Origin: an uncultured Ignavibacteriales bacterium
GTDB taxonomy: Bacteria; Bacteroidota; Ignavibacteria; Ignavibacteriales; Ignavibacteriaceae
Direction: 5' to 3'
Assembly (NCBI GenBank): GCA_963731745.1
Contig: CAVSWT010000032.1
Coordinates: forward strand, 35,369 to 99,368
DNA: 64,000 bases
Part shown: one piece after another, positions 57,963-64,000 of the stretch
Layout of the letters: every line of letters begins with the position of its first letter
Position numbering within the stretch: the first letter of the stretch is position 1
The notes under the pieces: model-generated
Database searches by the model: none
The model's input: the letters and a program-made list of their open reading frames with translations, nothing else
Told to the model about the DNA's origin: nothing
Program-made: the position numbers and the translations under genes

Positions 57963-59045
57963 TTATGGAAGTAAATTCTTTAAGCTACTTACCTCTTGAT
58001 GAAGCAGTTCAGCCTTGTGGTGAGCATATATTTCAGTTTGAACAACAGACCAGTGTCCTAATAATTCTTTAACAGAATGAATAGGAACTCCATTCTGCAC
58101 GAGCATTGATGCAAAAGTATGTCTGAACTTATGCAGGTAGGCGTTCGTATTTATACCTGCTGCTTTTGCAACTTTTTTACAAACTGTAAGCAGATTTCTT
58201 TCTCGCAATTTTTTTCCAGATGGTGAACAAAATGGAAATTCAAATGCATTCGGTTTTTTATGTTCTTCAAGCAATAATTCATAAAGCAGATTATGCATTG
58301 GTATATTTCTTTCAGAATTAAATGATTTGGTCTTAAAATTTTCACTTGATCGTATATGGATCAATCGATTTTTGAAATCAATGTCATCCCAGGTTAAATT
58401 AGCCAATTCCCCAAACCTTGCGCCGGTAAACAATAATCCTAGAAACGCTTTTCTATAAGCCGAGTTCATCTGCTGCTGAAAAAATAATTTAATCTCTTCT
58501 GGAGAATAATAATCGGGTTTTTTCTTATCCACCTTTAAGTTTTTGATATGCATCATTGGACTTTGTTTGATATGTCCTTTAATAACTTCCTGATTAAATA
58601 CTGCCTTAACAGTTTGAATAAAGAAATTGATGGTTTTTGGTTTAGGCATTGCCATTTTTGAATTGTTTTTACCTCGTTCTGGTTTTTCACGAACAAGTTC
58701 ATTATAAAGCTTTGTAGCATGATCTGGGGTGAACTCATCAACATAAGTTACATTAAATACTTTTGCAACTAATTTCATTTGAGTTATAACATATTTATTT
58801 TTTTTAATTGAGGCAGGACGCAAATGTATTTTACTTGCAAGAAAATCATCAAGCGCTTGATTCATTGGATATCTTGCGGTTAACAGTTTTGCTGAAATTA
58901 GTTTCTCATCATATTTGGATTTTTCATTAGCACCATCGAATGCCTTTGCTTCAGCTTTAGTTCGAAATGTTTTTTGAATCCTGTTCCCATATTTATCTCG
59001 GGTGTCTACTTGGAATTTTCCGTTGGGTTTAGTTTTAATTGCCAT
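57963..59045 (-). CDS. Tyrosine recombinase / phage-type integrase
   Basis: N-terminal SAM-like core-binding domain. Catalytic residues in context: GARFGEL (Arg), HKFRHTFAS (H-x-x-R) and LLGHWSVVQTEIYAH (His..Tyr). Confidence 0.9.
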   Translation of the reverse strand: MAIKTKPNGKFQVDTRDKYGNRIQKTFRTKAEAKAFDGANEKSKYDEKLISAKLLTARYPMNQALDDFLASKIHLRPASIKKNKYVITQMKLVAKVFNVTYVDEFTPDHATKLYNELVREKPERGKNNSKMAMPKPKTINFFIQTVKAVFNQEVIKGHIKQSPMMHIKNLKVDKKKPDYYSPEEIKLFFQQQMNSAYRKAFLGLLFTGARFGELANLTWDDIDFKNRLIHIRSSENFKTKSFNSERNIPMHNLLYELLLEEHKKPNAFEFPFCSPSGKKLRERNLLTVCKKVAKAAGINTNAYLHKFRHTFASMLVQNGVPIHSVKELLGHWSVVQTEIYAHHKAELLHQEVSSLKNLLP

Positions 59046-59372
59046 TTAGGTTACTCCTTCTATTGTTAATCTTGCAATTTCTGTTAAATGAATTTTTGGT
59101 TTGTCTCCCAAATTGATTGTTCTAATTGATCCGGATTTTATTCGGCGACGAATGAACTCCTCCCCTACTCCAAGTATTTTTGCTGTTTCATTTGCCGTAA
59201 ATAATATTTTATCAGGGTGGTTATGAACCAGTATTTGAATGGTAGTCTTTAAATTCTCAGCATCGTTAACATTAGACAAATTTTCATTTGCCGGACAAAT
59301 AATTTGAGTCCCGTCCTTTGCAAGTAAAGTTTTTGTAGAACTTAAATGCGATATTTCTATTAACGATGCCAT
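59046..59372 (-). CDS. Excisionase-like / MerR-type HTH DNA-binding protein
   Basis: LFTANETAKILGVGEEFIRRRIKSGSIRTINLG is an HTH_17-like pattern. Its stop abuts the integrase start. Confidence 0.55.
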   Translation of the reverse strand: MASLIEISHLSSTKTLLAKDGTQIICPANENLSNVNDAENLKTTIQILVHNHPDKILFTANETAKILGVGEEFIRRRIKSGSIRTINLGDKPKIHLTEIARLTIEGVT

Positions 59373-59403
59373 AGCTTATTATAATTATCTTATACCTTTT
59401 TCA

Positions 59404-59436
59404 AAATAAAAGCCGCTGAACTTTCAGCGGCATTTT
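59404..59436 (-). terminator. Rho-independent terminator
   Basis: On the minus strand it reads aaaatGCCGCTGAAagTTCAGCGGCttttatttt. It lies 25 nt downstream of the 59461 stop and separates the orphan-gene operon from xis-int. Confidence 0.65.
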
Positions 59437-59460
59437 ATGAAATTATTTAAGTCTATTCAT

Positions 59461-60090
59461 TTAATCTTCGTCATTACTATCTTGAATGGTATTTTCATCC
59501 TCAATGCTATCCTCCAAGTTTTCATCAACTTCAGGATCGGCATTTCTAGTATTAGAATCATTAAAATATTTGTCATCTTCGTACTCAATTAGATGTAAAA
59601 TTTTAACTGCTAAAGGAGTTAACATTTCATAAATTCTAAGAACCACTTGTACAAATGTAAATTCTTCAACTTCAAATTTGTAATAATAATTAGTATCAAA
59701 ATAAAATTTGTATTCACCATTCTTTATAAAAGATAAATTGAGTAAATCCGCCATTCCTTTACTTTGTTTATAGACAAAGTTTCTGCTTTTATATAAACTG
59801 TTGATTATACCGTAGTTATCATTATGATCATAAATAGTATACAAAAATTCTACTTCATACTTTTTATTACCTTTAAATTTTACCTTCACATTAAATCTTT
59901 TTGGAACTTCTTGTGGTCCAATTGGCAATTCAAATTCAATTGTCTCATTAACATTCATTTTATAGGCAACTACTTTTAAGGTTGCTTCTGCGATTTCATC
60001 CTTTTTGAATGTACTGACTTCAGGATTTGTGGTGTCGCCATCGTCTGTTTGAGAATTATTTGTTACTTCTTTGTTTAATATATTTTCCAT
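59461..60090 (-). CDS. Hypothetical protein with acidic disordered termini
   Basis: 209 aa. Beta-rich core flanked by a D/E/T-rich N-terminus and a C-terminus reading DPEVDENLEDSIEDENTIQDSNDED. I recognise no motif. Confidence 0.5.
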   Translation of the reverse strand: MENILNKEVTNNSQTDDGDTTNPEVSTFKKDEIAEATLKVVAYKMNVNETIEFELPIGPQEVPKRFNVKVKFKGNKKYEVEFLYTIYDHNDNYGIINSLYKSRNFVYKQSKGMADLLNLSFIKNGEYKFYFDTNYYYKFEVEEFTFVQVVLRIYEMLTPLAVKILHLIEYEDDKYFNDSNTRNADPEVDENLEDSIEDENTIQDSNDED

Positions 60091-60144
60091 AACTTTTCCT
60101 TTAAATATTAGGACTGGATAAATCCAGCCCCGGTTAATGTTTAG

Positions 60145-60810
60145 TTATTTATTTTTCTCCCAGCCAAAAGTTTCTCTGATTGATCTGTAGATCTGAGTTT
60201 TCACTTGCGGATATTTATTCAATAATGAATAAGTATCTTTAAGCTCGTTTCTTAGGATCACATTCAACTGACTATTAAAGTCTTTCCCATTAATCATTGC
60301 GACGTCCTTTAACATTGCAATGCGATGATCTTTTTTCTCTTTCAACTTTCCCAGCTTAGCTAGTATATCTTTTTGGAATCCTTCAGCATTCTTCTTTATT
60401 TCTCTCTTTAAAGCAATTTGAGAATTGATAGTTTTCATTCTCCCCTTAGCAGCCCGTGAATTAGTTGTACATGCGCTGCTATACTTTTTACCCCAACTAT
60501 TCAACGCAAGTTTAGTTTTCTTTTGTTGAAGTTTGGTTAGAGTAAGCTTAGCTTTAAATGCTTTGACTTCGGGGCTTGTAAGATTTTTGATGGTAGGATC
60601 TTCTCCTTCCTTTTCGGAAGGAATTTCGATTTGTTTAGAGCTAATGATTTTCTCCAAAACTATTATTGAATCAGAGAGTTCATAATTTTGATTGAGATGG
60701 TATGAATAACTCTTCTCAATTCCATTGAATCTTTTAGGAGATAATGTTCTGTAATTATTATTATCTCCTTTCGGATCAGCTAACTTTATTTTTGGCATCT
60801 TTGCCTCCAA
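60145..60810 (-). CDS. Hypothetical lysine-rich helical protein
   Basis: 221 aa with a strong GGAGG RBS. Central K-rich helices. I recognise no motif. Confidence 0.5.
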   Translation of the reverse strand: MEAKMPKIKLADPKGDNNNYRTLSPKRFNGIEKSYSYHLNQNYELSDSIIVLEKIISSKQIEIPSEKEGEDPTIKNLTSPEVKAFKAKLTLTKLQQKKTKLALNSWGKKYSSACTTNSRAAKGRMKTINSQIALKREIKKNAEGFQKDILAKLGKLKEKKDHRIAMLKDVAMINGKDFNSQLNVILRNELKDTYSLLNKYPQVKTQIYRSIRETFGWEKNK

Positions 60811-60865
60811 ATTGATTTAACTTCTGTTATTTAGATTGAAGTTATTTTTAACTTCGACACAATGA

Positions 60866-60882
60866 GGCAATAGATATACCGC
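60866..60882 (-). promoter_or_regulatory. Candidate sigma-54 (-24/-12) promoter
   Basis: The minus strand reads tgcGGTATatctaTTGCc. GG (60880-60879) and GC (60868-60867) sit at exact consensus spacing. It lies about 57 nt upstream of the ATG at 60810. Confidence 0.4.
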
Positions 60883-60929
60883 AGAAATGATTTAAAATTT
60901 TTAGTTTTGTAACTTATTTTTGGAATTGT

Positions 60930-60957
60930 ACTTGAAGTATTTCAAGTAAACTTGAAG
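60930..60957. promoter_or_regulatory. Candidate enhancer: inverted repeat plus a third half-site
   Basis: ACTTGAA-gtat-TTCAAGT occupies 60930-60947, followed by aa-ACTTGAAG (60950-60957). It lies about 50-75 bp upstream of the -24 element and just after the stop of the EBP gene. Confidence 0.35.
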
Positions 60958-60979
60958 ATGTTAGAGTTGGCGCAAATTA

Positions 60980-62866
60980 TCAGAGGTTTAATTTCTTTTT
61001 GATCTCTCCATATTTATTATAAGCTTTGTTAAGTTTTGATTTACTGAACTGTGTTCCGTCCATGCCAACAATAACCGATGCCGATTCTTTTTTTAGAGTT
61101 TTGTTCCAATGCATATTGAAGTCATCTAAGTATAATTTCGCGATTATTGGTTCAACAAAATTATCAAGAAATTTTCCGTCTTTATCCGGCGACCAGTTAT
61201 TTAAAAATAATAGTAGTAATTCATTTAATCTTTCAAAATCTTCTTCATGATATATCGGCGTGTTCTCAATTGGTTCCTTTTTAATTTGCTCAACTTTAAT
61301 TCTAGTTTGATTTTCCGACAGACAATTAAAATATAAAATTTTCAAATACTGATTTAGCTGTCTAATATTCCCCGGCCAGTTTAGAGATTGCAAGTATTCT
61401 ACAGCGACCTCATCAATAGTGATATATCGATCTCTCTTTCGATTCAATTCCGACAGAAAAGAGTCAATCATTATTCTTATGTCTTCTGATCTTTCACGCA
61501 GTGCCGGAATCTTTATTATTCTTCCCGTGATTCTATAATAAAGATCGTCTTCAAATTCCCCCTCTTTAAATAGTTTTTTTAAATCCTTATTTGAACCAAA
61601 AATAAGCCTTACATTAGCTTGAGTTGATTTGCCTTCACCTAAAACTTCAAATTTCTTTGTACCTATAAAAGTAATTAATCCATCACGCGTTTCCTTAGTT
61701 GTTCTGTCAATCTCATCAAGAAATAAAGTACCTCCTTCAGCTCGTTTTATTTTCCCGTCATAATCTTTTATTGCTCCAGTGAAAGCTCCTTTTTTCCAGC
61801 CGAATAATTTTTGATCTAGTTTATCACTGGACAAATTACCACAATTTTGTTCTTCATAATTTTTATTATGTCGATCGCTTTCATTATGAATTATATTAGC
61901 CAACCATGATTTTCCAACACCGGTTTCACCTAAAAGCAAAATAGGAATATCGTCTTCATTTATTACTGAAAGAACGGAGCGCAATTGTTGCTTATAATTA
62001 TTATCGTTTGTTAATACTTTCTTACTTAATGATTCTAACTGCTCATCGATGGTTTTTGTTGGACTCAAAATTTTTTCTTCTGGTTGATTTAATCTGATAA
62101 CTGTCTTTTCGAATAAATTTTGTTCTTGAATGGTATCGAATAAAAATGAAAATAAAGGTTTTAGTTCTGAAGTATTATATATTGAAATCCAATATATTAG
62201 CTGGGAGACAATTAAATAAAAATAGATTTTTAATTGTTCAGTATTATTTGAATCAGTGAGAATAATTTTAAATAAATTGTTTTTACTTTCTTGTTCATAA
62301 ATAGTTATCACTACCTTTCTCAATGCAACCAACAATTTATCTATCTTATTTTCATTACCTTCGGAATTATCAAAGATAATATATATTGGTGTATCGTTAT
62401 CCTTTATACCTTGGAAAAAATTTCCCGGTGGGAAATTCTTAAACATGTTAGCATTAATTCCCTCATCTTTCAAAATATTAGGAATGGTTGTTGAATTTAT
62501 TAAGTAAATGAATGATTGAAAATTGTTCGTATCTTTATTGTTGATTATACTGATTTGTTCAAAAGCTTTAATAAAACTTTCATCTAATTTTTTTTTACCT
62601 TCTTTCAGATTTATTTTAACTTGTGTGGATTGCTCATTGTCCCCACTCGATGTAAATGACCTTAAATTATCTGCCTTAAATTCTTTGTCATTGTTGACCG
62701 TTTCAAATATTGAATCAAGCGCTTTGTTTTTGAGCTGGTTTAATTCATCAAAAACTTGTCTTTCCTCAATTGACGATATATTGAATGACTTCTTTAATTC
62801 AGTTTCAACCTCTTGAATTAGATCAAAATATCTACCTTCAGATAGTAGTTTTTGAATTTTTTCCAT
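60980..62866 (-). CDS. Sigma-54 enhancer-binding-protein-type AAA+ ATPase with an uncharacterised ~300-aa N-terminal domain
   Basis: Walker A LLGETGVGKS, intact sigma-54 contact loop FGWKKGAFTGA, Walker B TLFLDEID, LYYRI and WPGNIRQL. The C-terminal end SKSKLNKAYNKYGEI looks like a degenerate Fis-type HTH. There is no receiver, PAS or GAF pattern in residues 1-300. Confidence 0.8.
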   Translation of the reverse strand: MEKIQKLLSEGRYFDLIQEVETELKKSFNISSIEERQVFDELNQLKNKALDSIFETVNNDKEFKADNLRSFTSSGDNEQSTQVKINLKEGKKKLDESFIKAFEQISIINNKDTNNFQSFIYLINSTTIPNILKDEGINANMFKNFPPGNFFQGIKDNDTPIYIIFDNSEGNENKIDKLLVALRKVVITIYEQESKNNLFKIILTDSNNTEQLKIYFYLIVSQLIYWISIYNTSELKPLFSFLFDTIQEQNLFEKTVIRLNQPEEKILSPTKTIDEQLESLSKKVLTNDNNYKQQLRSVLSVINEDDIPILLLGETGVGKSWLANIIHNESDRHNKNYEEQNCGNLSSDKLDQKLFGWKKGAFTGAIKDYDGKIKRAEGGTLFLDEIDRTTKETRDGLITFIGTKKFEVLGEGKSTQANVRLIFGSNKDLKKLFKEGEFEDDLYYRITGRIIKIPALRERSEDIRIMIDSFLSELNRKRDRYITIDEVAVEYLQSLNWPGNIRQLNQYLKILYFNCLSENQTRIKVEQIKKEPIENTPIYHEEDFERLNELLLLFLNNWSPDKDGKFLDNFVEPIIAKLYLDDFNMHWNKTLKKESASVIVGMDGTQFSKSKLNKAYNKYGEIKKKLNL

Positions 62867-63117
62867 ATAAGTCTATGTGTTTTAGTTAATAAATTGGTTA
62901 ACAGCTTTGAAGATTCATTGAATTTTTGCAAGGGTGCTTAAATATTGATATAAAAGTTTAATTTTATTTGTAAAAATTCTCAAAAATAAAATAAGGTATA
63001 CGAATTAATTAGTCGATTATCATAGAAAACTGATAAAAAAATCTCAATTAATTAAGTAGAATTACACAATTAATCATTTTTTATTTTATTCAACTATTGT
63101 TAAAGCTTTATTTTTCA

Positions 63118-64000
63118 TTAAGTTATAAGCAAATCTCTTTCAATTAGCATAAAGCTAGCCCAATAAAAAGGATTAGGGTACATTTGCTTAAGAATTAATT
63201 GTGCTTCTCTAAATGACTCAAATTTATTATCATTGATTAACCATTTAGAATAAAATTCTGTTATAAATTCTTTAGAAATTTTGTCATCAATTTCCCACAG
63301 ACTGATAATAATAGATTTTGCTCCAGCCTTGTAAAAAGCTCTTTGTAAACTTAAATAATCTCCAGATTCTAGTTCAAAACCTAAACCCGATTGACATACA
63401 CTTAATACCACCAGTTCGCAACTTTGCAGATTCATACTTCTAATTTCGTCGGGTGTTACAACTCCATTAAAATTGATATATTCTTTTCCGTCGATGTCCA
63501 CAGAACATCCGGACAGTAATATTCCAGACATTGTATATGAATCATCTATCTTTTCAATTTGTTTTAAATTGGGTAAGAAATATCCATGCGTTGCTACATG
63601 CAAAATTGTAGGAGAATTAACATCCATAAAATTATTTTTTGAAGCATCATCGTGGATATATAATTGCACTTTCCAATTATGTCCGTTCAATAATGAAGCG
63701 ACTTCATTTACTTCATTCTTGCTTTCGGGTAATGGTTTGATTTCATAATCATTTAATTCATATACAGAATTGTATTCATTTGGAATTTTATATCCACTTT
63801 CTAAACTAACTGCTCTGTAGGCTGGGGATCCAAATAAACATGCAGTTTTTTCTAAATTATTATTTGGGATAATTCTCATGTTTATCAAATTGTTTGTATA
63901 TCTGATTTTTTTATTTAATATTAAATACTCGCCACCAGAAGACAATAATGAATCGAAATTTATAAATCTTAATGCTCCATCTGAAGATAAAAAGATTTCA
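63118..64000 (-). CDS. CHAT-domain (caspase-like) protease, C-terminal part; N-terminus lies outside the window
   Basis: The His/Cys dyad is in context: ILHVATHGYF and LVVLSVCQSGLG. By hand translation the frame stays open upstream of the track's TTG at 63945 through to position 64000 (..EIFLSSDGALRFINFDSLLSSGGEY..). Confidence 0.8.
   Translation of the reverse strand, partial: EIFLSSDGALRFINFDSLLSSGGEYLILNKKIRYTNNLINMRIIPNNNLEKTACLFGSPAYRAVSLESGYKIPNEYNSVYELNDYEIKPLPESKNEVNEVASLLNGHNWKVQLYIHDDASKNNFMDVNSPTILHVATHGYFLPNLKQIEKIDDSYTMSGILLSGCSVDIDGKEYINFNGVVTPDEIRSMNLQSCELVVLSVCQSGLGFELESGDYLSLQRAFYKAGAKSIIISLWEIDDKISKEFITEFYSKWLINDNKFESFREAQLILKQMYPNPFYWASFMLIERDLLIT

Larger units (their letters stand above)
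57760..64000. mobile_element. Integrated element (genomic island or integrative element) at the 3' end of tRNA-Ser; the right end was not reached
   Basis: A tyrosine integrase lies 204 bp from the tRNA 3' end, followed by an excisionase-like HTH and orphan/accessory genes, all on the minus strand. No attR copy of the tRNA 3' end was seen before position 64000. Confidence 0.55.

Noticed and set aside
61026-62816. Plus-strand ORFs 61026..61250, 62291..62494 and 62523..62816.
   Set aside because: All are antisense within the 628-aa EBP gene, whose frame carries the Walker, GAFTGA and sensor motifs.
57760-64000. Search for attR, a second copy of the tRNA-Ser 3' end, inside the window.
   Set aside because: Reading by eye, I found no repeat of ..TTCGAATCCCTGACTCTCC.. 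between 57760 and 64000. The island boundary therefore cannot be called from this window, and an exhaustive search needs a computer.
1-64000. CRISPR arrays, rRNA genes, transposases and toxin-antitoxin pairs.
   Set aside because: I saw no regularly spaced short direct repeats, rRNA-like segments, DDE/HUH transposase motifs or small overlapping TA-like gene pairs.

Overview
This is a visibly AT-rich bacterial chromosome segment. It most likely comes from the FCB group (Ignavibacteria/Bacteroidota-like). That placement is an inference from a T9SS-type C-terminal sorting domain, a PorV/PorQ-like outer-membrane protein, a roughly 750-aa mitochondrial-type aconitase and a bacilliredoxin. Housekeeping content: aconitase; a complete sufBCDSUT operon extended by a bacilliredoxin and an Rrf2 regulator; gpmA; a gnd-zwf-pgl pentose-phosphate operon; TlpA-type thiol-disulfide oxidoreductases; and an orphan NtrC-type response regulator with an apparent sigma-54 promoter immediately downstream. 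Accessory content: (i) a roughly 21-kb co-directional surface-glycan locus (8.8-30.2 kb) rich in methyltransferases, containing a near-perfect 1,488-bp tandem duplication and flanked by three tandem paralogous beta-propeller lipoproteins and a LamG/PQQ-repeat T9SS cargo protein. (ii) An uncharacterised four-gene envelope cassette (47.9-52.2 kb) whose first two products carry GldL/GldM-like (5:2 motor-like) transmembrane signatures, followed by two paralogous outer-membrane beta-barrels. (iii) An element integrated at tRNA-Ser(UGA) (57.7 kb to the window end) with integrase, excisionase-like HTH, two orphan proteins behind a candidate sigma-54 promoter, a sigma-54 enhancer-binding ATPase with an unrecognised 300-aa N-terminal domain, and a CHAT-domain protease. 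Three genes are broken by single-base frameshifts; these are either real pseudogenes or indel errors. No rRNA, CRISPR array or transposase was seen. All functional calls come from reading motifs in the translations; no database search was run.
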